Origin: a bacterium
GTDB lineage: Bacteria; UBA8248
DNA length: 64,000 nt
Reading direction: 5' to 3'
NCBI GenBank assembly: GCA_965213625.1
Contig: CBDBZU010000004.1
Location: 2,752,001 to 2,816,000, forward strand
Under the pieces are notes generated by a model that made no database searches, was not told the origin of the DNA, and saw nothing but the letters and a program-made list of their open reading frames with translations. Shown piece by piece: positions 1 to 8,434 of this stretch; positions within the stretch are counted from its first letter, which is position 1; every line of letters starts with the position of its first letter. A program made the position numbers and the translations under genes.

Positions 1-490
1 CGCTGTTCCACACAGGCTGGAAGGTGTAGGCCAGCGGCGTGACGACGTAGGGGTAGTTCGCGTACTGACCGGCTTTTTTGATCACTCCCGCGAAATGTTT
101 GTTCCACTCGGCGCTGTCGAGCTTGTGGTACGCGCCGCGTTTATGAGCCGCAGCGAAGAAGCCGGGTGCGCTCACCACGTGAACGTCGACAGTGAACTTG
201 TTGGCCCGCATCTCCTGGCGAACCTGGGAGACGGTGGCGCCGGTGCCTTTACGCAGGTTGCGGAATTTGAAGCCGCTGCCGAGGCCATAATGCTTGGCGA
301 AAGCGGGGCCCATGCGCTTGGCCGTGCGGTCACTGAACAGGGGGTTGATGATCGTCACGGCGCCCTCTTTTTTCGCCGCGCGTACGAGCTCTTTCTGGTT
401 TTTCATCATCGCTTCGGATACGAGCGCGCCCGAGGCGAAGACGGCCACCGCCACGACAGCGGCGACAAAGAAATGGATACGGAATTTCAT
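1..490 (-). CDS. ABC transporter substrate-binding protein (3' end outside window)
   Basis: Not in ORF track (runs off edge). ATG at 490 with GAGGAG RBS; MKFRIHFFVAAVVAVAVFASGA signal peptide, then ELVRAAKKEGAVTII, typical of extracellular solute-binding proteins. Confidence 0.8.
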   Translation of the reverse strand, partial: MKFRIHFFVAAVVAVAVFASGALVSEAMMKNQKELVRAAKKEGAVTIINPLFSDRTAKRMGPAFAKHYGLGSGFKFRNLRKGTGATVSQVRQEMRANKFTVDVHVVSAPGFFAAAHKRGAYHKLDSAEWNKHFAGVIKKAGQYANYPYVVTPLAYTFQPVWNS

Positions 491-826
491 CGAGAATCTC
501 CTCATGCAGGAATAGAGTGGGGAACAAGGCCCCGGTTAAAAAGTATCGCTTATTTCGCTTTTACCAGAAAAACACCCAGACGATAGAAAACAACGTAACA
601 ATAGCTTGTTTTCTTTACTGTCTGTGGGTTTTTATGGTAGTGAAGATACCAGATTTTCGGTGTCTGTCAAATACCTTCTTTTCCGGCTGGCGAAAATCCG
701 GGCCGATGATTTTCTGTTCATCCTCGAGAATGGCGAGGGAAAGAAATGTCTCTCTCGCAGTGGACGAACGCAAGTTGACTCGACCGGTTCATTGAGGCCT
801 CGGCCCCGCGAGTTTTTCTCCACTGG

Positions 827-1681
827 ATGAAATTCTGGGAGAGGATTTTCTTGAACGTGAAATCGACCGGTTCGCAACTTATCCAGACCCACAGGCTGGA
901 AGCCCCAAAGGGTTCGTTCATGGAACATGTGGAGGTGATCCTCATCGGGGATGGGCCATTCATCCTTTTTGACGCAGGCTACCGCGAATGCATTCCCGAG
1001 ATGCTCCCCTGGGTGGAGGCGCGCGCCGGAGATAAGTTGGAAAAACTTGTCCTGACCCACCACCACTTCGATCATTCAGGAGGGGCCAATGCTGTATGCG
1101 AACTGTTCGGCGTATCGGCCTTCGCCCACCCCCTGGAGATGCGTTTTCTCGAAGAGGAGCAGCCGGGTCTACAAGTCTTACCGATCAGGGAAGGGGAATT
1201 CGTCGAGTTGGGAGAAATGCGCCTTGAAGCCATTCTCACGCCGGGCCATTCTCCCGGGCATCTTTCTTTCTGGTGGGAGGAGGAGAAAATTCTCCTGGGA
1301 GGCGATAACATTCTTCTTCCTTCGACCACGGCTCTGGTCGCGCCGAAGGGGAATCTGGGTGATTATCTCGAATCGCTGGTAATGGTGAAAAACCTCGCGC
1401 CTCGTCTCATCTATCCGGGACACGGCCCGGTGATCGAGGATCCGATTGGCCGGATTGACGAGCTCATCGAGCACCGGAAGATGCGCGGCGTGCAGTATCT
1501 CGAGGCGCTGGGCGCAGGCCACGATACGCCGGCGAAGATAGCGGACCTCGTTTATCACGAATTGCCCGAGCGTCAGAAAGAGCTTGGCGCGCGCGTGATA
1601 TCGCTGTACCTGGAGAGATTCGTGGAATCCGGAGAAGTCGCGAGCGCCGATGGGCGCTACTCATTGACGGGGCCGTTTTAG
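827..1681 (+). CDS. MBL-fold metallo-hydrolase (LACTB2-like)
   Basis: THHHFDHSGG, TPGHSPGH, GD and PGHG motifs; start codon uncertain. Confidence 0.9.
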   Translation: MKFWERIFLNVKSTGSQLIQTHRLEAPKGSFMEHVEVILIGDGPFILFDAGYRECIPEMLPWVEARAGDKLEKLVLTHHHFDHSGGANAVCELFGVSAFAHPLEMRFLEEEQPGLQVLPIREGEFVELGEMRLEAILTPGHSPGHLSFWWEEEKILLGGDNILLPSTTALVAPKGNLGDYLESLVMVKNLAPRLIYPGHGPVIEDPIGRIDELIEHRKMRGVQYLEALGAGHDTPAKIADLVYHELPERQKELGARVISLYLERFVESGEVASADGRYSLTGPF

Positions 1682-1694
1682 GGAGGCGAGGGTT

Positions 1695-2504
1695 TTGCTC
1701 ACGAACTGCCACACGCTGGTTTTGCGGGAACTGCTGGAGCGTCACCCCGAGATGCCCCACGCCGGGGAAGACGCTTACGTCTATAACGTAGCGCCCGATT
1801 CCCTACCCCTCTCCGGGGAATTCAAGGCGAGGGAAACCCACCGCTTCGCCCCGCCTGCAGGGATAATGGGTCGATTCCCGAAGCTCTTGTGGGTGAAATG
1901 CCATCTGGTGGTCGACAACATCTGTCATTATGGGAGCATCGCCAAGGTGGGGGGCGGGCTGTCTCCTTCCCAAAAGCGGGGCTACACCTACCTCAAGGGG
2001 GTCGAACTCATTCCCCTGATGCGTGAATTCACGAAAGAAATGGGCGTTTCGGCCGATGAGTCTACCCTTCACTACCTCGCGCACGTTCTGGTGGAAATCG
2101 CTGTAGATTACGCCATACATCTCGACGACGGGACTGTGGGGGAGCAACTCCGAGACGCCCAGAACGAGATGAGCGACGCGCAGAAACAGGAATACGCCGA
2201 GGGTCTCGGCGCTTTATATGGTTGTGCGCCTGAGAAAGTCGCGCGGGCTCGCGGCGCGCCACGCAAGTTTTATGGCGATATGCACGACGTCGACCAGCTC
2301 TTCGTGGGCGGACGAACGAAAATCGTGCTGCGGAAGCTGAGGTTGCCCTTCAACGAGGAGAACACGGAAAGGACGTGTCGCCTTATAGAAGAGGGAGCGC
2401 GGATGACGTGTGATTATATGGAATTCATTGACGAGTCCGTGGATGCGCTCTCGGACTGGGAGGCATGGGAAGGAGAAGTCGCCATAGACGGCGTTATTCC
2501 TTGA
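1695..2504 (+). CDS. Hypothetical protein, zinc-dependent phospholipase C / P1-nuclease-like fold candidate
   Basis: GGGAGG RBS; N-terminal His, APD, ETH, HLVVDNICH and HVLVEIAVD match the metal-ligand spacing of Zn_dep_PLPC-like proteins. Confidence 0.55.
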   Translation: MLTNCHTLVLRELLERHPEMPHAGEDAYVYNVAPDSLPLSGEFKARETHRFAPPAGIMGRFPKLLWVKCHLVVDNICHYGSIAKVGGGLSPSQKRGYTYLKGVELIPLMREFTKEMGVSADESTLHYLAHVLVEIAVDYAIHLDDGTVGEQLRDAQNEMSDAQKQEYAEGLGALYGCAPEKVARARGAPRKFYGDMHDVDQLFVGGRTKIVLRKLRLPFNEENTERTCRLIEEGARMTCDYMEFIDESVDALSDWEAWEGEVAIDGVIP

Positions 2505-2750
2505 TTCCGTTTTCTTACTCTGGAATGAATCGCTTCATCAAAAATATCGTTTCCGCTGGTAACCGAAAGCCCGCTACCCAATTATGCCTATTGGTTCGCA
2601 GAGACTATTTTGAGTCTTCGCACGGGCAAACCTATCCATACACTCGGTTGCCCCTGCATATTCCTTGGCCGACGGCGCAGGGCTATCCTGTGGAATAGAG
2701 GTTCTTTTCTACGTCGAGCCGGATTTCCCGGCCTTCGGGGGTTGCGAGTT

Positions 2751-3023
2751 CTAGTTCACGGAGGCCTTGAGGCCCGCTCCCGCCTTGAACTTCGGCACGC
2801 TGGCCGCCGCCACCATAATCTCCTCGCCCGTTCTCGGGTTGCGCGCCTTGCGGGCCGCTCGCTGAGAGACGCTGAAGGTGCCGAAGCCCGTGAGCGTTAC
2901 TTTATCTCCGCTCTGGAGCGCCGAGGTTACGGCGCCCACGAATGCGTCGACTACGCCCTGTGCACTCGACTTGGTCAGGTTCGCCTGCTCGGCGATGGCG
3001 TCTGCTAGTTCGCCTTTGTTCAT
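2751..3023 (-). CDS. hup: DNA-binding protein HU
   Basis: MNKGELADAIA...GFGTFSVSQRAARKARNPRTGE...PKFKAG; ATG at 3023 with AGGAG RBS. Confidence 0.97.
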   Translation of the reverse strand: MNKGELADAIAEQANLTKSSAQGVVDAFVGAVTSALQSGDKVTLTGFGTFSVSQRAARKARNPRTGEEIMVAAASVPKFKAGAGLKASVN

Positions 3024-3242
3024 TTTTCTTCTCCTCTTTCGCCCTGAGCGGCGCGCGGGCGGTGCGTGCGCGCTCATGCCTTCTCTGTTTGCTGAAACCA
3101 TGCTCAACAACAGAAATCAAAATATGTGTTAGGCGGAATTGAAATACGGGGCGGGTGTTCACGTTTCTAGAGATGAATTATAGCTATCGAGTCAGTTCCA
3201 CGCAAGCCCAAAACGCTTGTCAGTCAATGGATGGCGGTGAAG

Positions 3243-4487
3243 TCACCGTGCGGGGAAATTCCACATCGCATTGTTTCCAACCATCTGATCATAGGAGAAA
3301 AGCGCGACGCCGTCGGCTCCTGCCTCCCGGGCGGCGCGCCATTCACGCCATATTCCCGCCGCGTTTTTGGTGAACAGATATGCCCCGAGTCCGATGACGA
3401 CCCCGGGAGCTTGCGAATGGGGGGTTTTCGCCCTCTTGGCGGCGAGTGCGCTTCGGCTGATCTGAGCGGCCAGATGTTCATCGCGGGAATAGTTCATGAC
3501 CACGGCCTTATCCAGGAGCCCGCTGTTCAGCCAGCCGCGCCAGTCCTGAAACGCGGAGAGATAGGCGCGTTCCGCCCAGGGAAGAACAGCTGCAGAAACA
3601 ACCACTTGCTTTCTTAAACTTCTAGTTGTTTCATAAACGCCTCTGACCGCCGACGTGATTTGCGCGCGACGCCACTTATCCCAGGCCGCTGCGTCGGCAC
3701 GCTTCACGTTCACGCCTGCGCGCGGCGCGGTTTTCTTTGTTTCTTGCTTAAAACGGGCGACCGAAGCCTCGCTGTATCCGAAATCAAGGCGCGGGGAGAA
3801 GCGAGAACCCGGCGAAATAGGAAGCGCGTAGGGGTAGCGGATGAAATCGAGATGAATACCTGCAAGCCGCGGATAATTCTTCACGAGATGCGCCGCGACG
3901 TCGATGATGCGTTCCCGAACACCCGGATTGCCTGGGTCGAGAAAAATACCGGGCGTTCCGAGGCCGAAGCCTTTCGCCCATGTGGGTTTCCCTGAAAGTG
4001 GATATTCGAGCAGCGAACGCCCGTATTGATCCTTGAGTACGGCTTCTTTCCCGAGTTCACGGATGATGGGCGCTTTTTTGTTTCTTGCGAGAGCGAATGC
4101 GTTTATCCACGCATGAACCTTGATGGCGCAGCCGTGTTCCTTGCCTCGGGAGGCCAGATCGAGCAGCAAGGCCAATGGGTCCTGCCCCGCCCGCCTGGAA
4201 GGAGTGTCATCGGCCAGTTTGGTGGGAAACCACGCGCGGCCCGAGCGGTAGACCTGCGCGTAGATGTCCGTAACGCCTGCGGAGCATGCGCGCTTCACCA
4301 GCGCCTTGATTTTCTCCGCGCTGTCGAGGGTACGGTTTGCGCCTTCCGCCTGCACCCAAAGGCCGATTTCGAAGGATTTGGGCGCAAAAAGGCGAACGAG
4401 TAAATTTTCGTCAAACGAAGAACATCCATAAACCAGGAGCGCGATGAGCAAAAGGCAAAGCGCACCTGTACGCGGGAGTCGCTTCAT
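3243..4487 (-). CDS. GHL10 (glycosyl hydrolase-like 10) family lipoprotein
   Basis: Lipobox-like LVYGC; IYAQV, KVHAWIN, FLDPGNPGVR, GIHLDFIRYP, QDWRGWL and VMNY motifs. Confidence 0.85.
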   Translation of the reverse strand: MKRLPRTGALCLLLIALLVYGCSSFDENLLVRLFAPKSFEIGLWVQAEGANRTLDSAEKIKALVKRACSAGVTDIYAQVYRSGRAWFPTKLADDTPSRRAGQDPLALLLDLASRGKEHGCAIKVHAWINAFALARNKKAPIIRELGKEAVLKDQYGRSLLEYPLSGKPTWAKGFGLGTPGIFLDPGNPGVRERIIDVAAHLVKNYPRLAGIHLDFIRYPYALPISPGSRFSPRLDFGYSEASVARFKQETKKTAPRAGVNVKRADAAAWDKWRRAQITSAVRGVYETTRSLRKQVVVSAAVLPWAERAYLSAFQDWRGWLNSGLLDKAVVMNYSRDEHLAAQISRSALAAKRAKTPHSQAPGVVIGLGAYLFTKNAAGIWREWRAAREAGADGVALFSYDQMVGNNAMWNFPAR

Positions 4488-4623
4488 CCGTGTTTTCCGT
4501 GGGCGGGAGTTTATGCGCTCAAACTACACTTTGCTCCGAGTAGAGGTCAACGCAAAATGGAAGGATACGCGGAAAATAGAATAAATTCAGCACGAAAACG
4601 CGCTCTCGCCCAAGTACATTTCT

Positions 4624-5184
4624 CTACTCTGCACGTAAAGTATTTTTCGTCGCCGATGCGGCCTCGGCCAGCGCTTCTTCTTCCGCCACGGGCATGGCCT
4701 CACCCCTGATCTCTAGGTACGCCTCGATCACGTTTAGGGTAGATATCCCGCCCTCCAGCGCTTCCCAGCCAGCCAGGGCCGCACCCAGATGCGCCGCCTC
4801 TGGTGCTGCGGCGTGTATTGAGACGATGGCGTCTAGGTCCACCGAGGCGATGCGGAGTTCGTGGTTTTCGATGACGTTTTGTGTGTTCAGGACGAGAACG
4901 CCGGCGGGTTTTAAGGCGTTCCCCATCGGGGGGACGACGGCGAGAAGGGGGTCGCAGACGATTTCGAGGTCGTACTCCGCTGGTATGGCGAGGTCGGTGA
5001 GTTGAACCCGAGAAATTTTCACCACCGCCCTATCGGGTGAACCGGGTGGAGAAGGAAAGCCCGGCGTACGCACCTGGGCGGAGAACCCGGCCCGGTTGGC
5101 TGCGCCGGCGAAGATGCGCGCAGCATTCAGGAAAAGGTCCTCCCCGCCGATTTCGCGTCTTCCATGAAAACAAACAACGCGCAT
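4624..5184 (-). CDS. Divergent 2-oxoacid:acceptor oxidoreductase gamma-subunit-like protein
   Basis: MRVVCFHGRREIGG, AVVKISR, LKPAGVLVLNT and HLGAALA resemble the POR gamma domain, but are degenerate. Confidence 0.55.
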   Translation of the reverse strand: MRVVCFHGRREIGGEDLFLNAARIFAGAANRAGFSAQVRTPGFPSPPGSPDRAVVKISRVQLTDLAIPAEYDLEIVCDPLLAVVPPMGNALKPAGVLVLNTQNVIENHELRIASVDLDAIVSIHAAAPEAAHLGAALAGWEALEGGISTLNVIEAYLEIRGEAMPVAEEEALAEAASATKNTLRAE

Positions 5185-5268
5185 GGCATTATTTCCGCCC
5201 TGTATGAGAAATAATTGCAAACCCTTGACAGCTTTAACAAAATCGAAGGTTCTTTTCCATCTTTCAAG

Positions 5269-5297
5269 TTGACATCGAAAACGCGCCCTCGCAATAT
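5269..5297 (+). promoter_or_regulatory. Putative sigma70 promoter of miaB
   Basis: TTGACA-17 nt-CAATAT about 80 nt upstream of the miaB start. Confidence 0.45.
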
Positions 5298-5378
5298 GGC
5301 CCCAATGAATTCCCGGCAAGCCGAGTCGCCCAATAGTTTCGTTGCGTCGATGGCCGGGCGCAAAATGGAGAATGCGTT

Positions 5379-6773
5379 TTGAGCAAGAAGTTCAAAATAT
5401 TCACATACGGCTGCCAGATGAACCGCTACGATACCGAGACGATTACCGGGCATCTGGAGGCCGAAGGGTATGAGGAGACCGAATCGAACGAGGCGGCCGA
5501 CCTCATACTGCTGAACACCTGCTCGATACGCGACAAGGCGGAGCAGAAGGTTTATAGCCAGCTCGGGCGTCTCGACAAGCTCAAGAAAACGAATCCTGCT
5601 CTCAAAGTCGGCGTTTGCGGCTGTTTCGCAACGCGCGACGGGGAGGCGATTGCGAAGCGCGGCAAAGCGGTCGACCTCGTCTTCGGCACCCAGAACATCG
5701 CCAAGCTCCCGATGCTTCTCGAGGAGATGGAAGAGCACCGGGTTGTCGATACCGAGCCTATTGCGCCTGATTTCACCGAACTCGCCCCGATGGTGCGCGG
5801 AGGCGGGCTGAACGCCTTCGTGAGCATCGCGCGCGGGTGCGATAATTTCTGCACCTTCTGCGTCGTGCCCTACACGCGCGGACCCGAGTGGAGCAAGCCC
5901 AGCGAACTCATCGTGGACGAAGTCGAACGCGCGGTTTCCGAGGGTTTCCGGGAAGTCACGCTCCTCGGCCAGAACGTGAACTCCTACGGCTTCAAATCTC
6001 CTGGCGAACTCACCTTCGGCGGGCTGCTCAGGCGCCTGAACGAGGTGGACGGGCTCGAGCGCATCCGCTTCATGACGTCGCACCCGAAGGATTGCGATGA
6101 AGATATGGTCGCCGCGATGGGGGAATCCCCAAAAGTGTGCGAGCATCTTCATCTTCCTGTTCAGTCTGGTGCGGACGCGGTGCTGGCGCGCATGGAGCGT
6201 GGCTACACGGCGGAAGAATATCTCGAAAAAGTCTCTCTCTTCAGGGAGCGCGTGAAGGATGGGGTGCTGACTTCTGACGTCATCATCGGTTTTCCCGGCG
6301 AGCGGGATGAGGATTTCGAGGGGACGCTCCGCGTTTTGCGCGAGGCGCGCTACGACAACATCTACATGTTCAAGTACTCCCCCCGGCCCGGAACGCCCGC
6401 GTTCGATATGACGGACACCCTTCCCGAGGAGGTGCTCACCGAGCGCTTCGAGGAGGCGAGCCGTGTGCAGCGCGAGATGACGGAGAGTCTGCATGCGGAA
6501 CTCGTCGACAGCGTTCAGGAGGTGATGGTGGAAGGAGCCGTGAAGCCCAAGAGTGCGCCCGCAGGCTGCGCGGGGTGCTCTGATTTTGCGGATGAATCGG
6601 ATTCGAACTGGTTTGCGGGTCGCAGTCGAGGAAATCACAGGGTACAATTGTACGCGGAGGGTTTTACGCCCGAGCCGGGAGACGTAGTCGAGGTGAAAAT
6701 CATGAGGGGCGGCATTCACTCTCTGGCTGGAGTATCGCCGCCAAGCGCCGTGGCGATGGAGGAAGACGAATGA
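5379..6773 (+). CDS. miaB: tRNA-2-methylthio-N6-dimethylallyladenosine synthase
   Basis: TYGCQMNRYD, NTCSIRDKAE, radical-SAM CDNFCTFC, LLGQNVNSY, HLPVQSG, YSPRPGTPA; C-terminal TRAM domain. Confidence 0.96.
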   Translation: MSKKFKIFTYGCQMNRYDTETITGHLEAEGYEETESNEAADLILLNTCSIRDKAEQKVYSQLGRLDKLKKTNPALKVGVCGCFATRDGEAIAKRGKAVDLVFGTQNIAKLPMLLEEMEEHRVVDTEPIAPDFTELAPMVRGGGLNAFVSIARGCDNFCTFCVVPYTRGPEWSKPSELIVDEVERAVSEGFREVTLLGQNVNSYGFKSPGELTFGGLLRRLNEVDGLERIRFMTSHPKDCDEDMVAAMGESPKVCEHLHLPVQSGADAVLARMERGYTAEEYLEKVSLFRERVKDGVLTSDVIIGFPGERDEDFEGTLRVLREARYDNIYMFKYSPRPGTPAFDMTDTLPEEVLTERFEEASRVQREMTESLHAELVDSVQEVMVEGAVKPKSAPAGCAGCSDFADESDSNWFAGRSRGNHRVQLYAEGFTPEPGDVVEVKIMRGGIHSLAGVSPPSAVAMEEDE

Positions 6774-7333
6774 TGATCGAGATGAAAGTCAAGGGCCTCA
6801 CGCTCGATCCGCACACCAATGTGCCGATTGTGGTGCTGCGCGAGACCGAGGGGGAGCGAGCCCTGCCCATCTGGGTGGGCATTTTCGAGGCTCACGCCAT
6901 CGCGCGCGAAATTGAAAGCTTCGAGACGCCGCGTCCGATGACCCACGATCTGATCAAGAACATGATCAACGACTTGAAGGGCCAGGTCGATAAGATCCTC
7001 ATCAACGATCTGCGGGACAACACCTTTTTCGCCGAAATTCATCTTTCCGTGAACGGCTCGGAAATCGTCGTCGATTCGAGACCCTCCGACGCCATCGCCG
7101 TGGCCCTGCGAATGGGCAGCCCGATATTCGTGGAGGAGAAGGTGCTCGAGGAGGCGAAGAGCATCCAGTTCAACGAAGAGGAAGTGAAAGAGGGCGTCTC
7201 CGGGATGGAGCCGCCCTCGGGTGAAGACGCCCCCCCCGAGTCGGAAAAGCCGATCGAAGAAGAACCCGAAGACATCAAGGAATGGCTTAAAGACCTCAAG
7301 CCTGACGATTTTCTAAAAGAGGACAACAACTAA
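6770..7333 (+). CDS. Bifunctional nuclease family protein (DUF151)
   Basis: LPIWVGIFEA, PRPMTHDL, DSRPSDAIAVALR; ATGA overlap with the miaB stop. Confidence 0.93.
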   Translation: MMIEMKVKGLTLDPHTNVPIVVLRETEGERALPIWVGIFEAHAIAREIESFETPRPMTHDLIKNMINDLKGQVDKILINDLRDNTFFAEIHLSVNGSEIVVDSRPSDAIAVALRMGSPIFVEEKVLEEAKSIQFNEEEVKEGVSGMEPPSGEDAPPESEKPIEEEPEDIKEWLKDLKPDDFLKEDNN

Positions 7334-7368
7334 GGCGAGGCTCGCCCGGGCGTCGCCCCCACCGGAGT

Positions 7369-8025
7369 TTGACCGCTTTGCTTCTCTATCTTTTGCGACA
7401 CGGCGAGACGGACTGGAATGTCGAACAGCGCATTCAGGGCGTCTCCGATACCGCGCTCAACGAAGTGGGCGTCGCACAGGCCGAAGCGCTCGCATGCGCG
7501 TTGCGCGGACGCCCGATCGTTCGCGTCTATGCGAGTCCGCTGATGCGCGCGAGGCGCACTGCCGAAATTGTCGCGCACGCCCTCGACGCGCCCCTGCTCG
7601 AGGAGGCGGGCATCGCCGAGCTGAACCAGGGCGAACTCGAGGGAGAGCCCTTTCGCCGGCTTCCTGAGACGCACCCCGATTTCATGCACGTATGGCGGAA
7701 CTATCCTGCGCGTGCGCGCATGCCGGGCGGCGAGACGCTCGCGGAATTACAGGAGAGGGCCTGGGCCGCGATGGAGCGCTTCCTCTCAGCGCATGAAAAC
7801 GAGGTCATCGCCGCGGTGAGCCACAACTTGGCGATCATCATGATCCTTTGCCGGATTCTGGGCGTGGAACTCAACGGCTTCAGGCGGATACGTCAGCACA
7901 ACGCCGCGGTGAACATCATCGAGCATTCGCCAGAGCGGGGCTGGAGCGTCGTGACGATGAACTCCCTGGCGCACCTTCAGGACGCGCCCGTCTCGGAGCG
8001 GAATCCGTTTCAGCCCTATATCTGA
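7369..8025 (+). CDS. Histidine phosphatase (phosphoglycerate mutase family)
   Basis: LLRHGETDWN, SPLMRARRTA, PGGE and VSH motifs. Confidence 0.92.
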   Translation: MTALLLYLLRHGETDWNVEQRIQGVSDTALNEVGVAQAEALACALRGRPIVRVYASPLMRARRTAEIVAHALDAPLLEEAGIAELNQGELEGEPFRRLPETHPDFMHVWRNYPARARMPGGETLAELQERAWAAMERFLSAHENEVIAAVSHNLAIIMILCRILGVELNGFRRIRQHNAAVNIIEHSPERGWSVVTMNSLAHLQDAPVSERNPFQPYI

Positions 8026-8052
8026 GAATGGATTGCGGGGTGAGCGCGCGGC

Positions 8053-8244
8053 TCAGTCGTAGTCCTTGCCTTCGGGGTCGGAGACGTTTCGGTAGTAATC
8101 GTGAATGTCTTCGACGAGGTGGTCGACCTCGGTTTTCGGTTTTTTCCGCTTGGACGCCATGTAGCGGTACAGCAGATAAAAGGCGATGAATCCCAGGAAA
8201 AAGCCCAGGGCCATCCCGTCGAGGAATGTCTGGTATTCGCCCAT
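8053..8244 (-). CDS. Small single-TM membrane protein
   Basis: GGAG RBS; hydrophobic GMALGFFLGFIAFYLLY followed by a basic cluster; 63 aa. Confidence 0.65.
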   Translation of the reverse strand: MGEYQTFLDGMALGFFLGFIAFYLLYRYMASKRKKPKTEVDHLVEDIHDYYRNVSDPEGKDYD

Positions 8245-8434
8245 CTGAACGCTCCGGCCTGTGATTTCGTGTATGGATTCACCTTATCTTCGGGGGCGTT
8301 TGCCTGTCAACCGAATGGACAGTTGGGCCGATTCGCCGAGAAGCGTTAAGGTGCGGATATGAATGACGAGGGCGCTTCATCTGCGCGTTGTTGTACGAGG
8401 GCTGCATGTTTGACCCACACCAGAGATTATTAAA

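Noticed and set aside
2505-2750. Structured ncRNA between the PLC-like gene and hup
   Set aside because: Several weak hairpins but no recognisable family, promoter or second copy.
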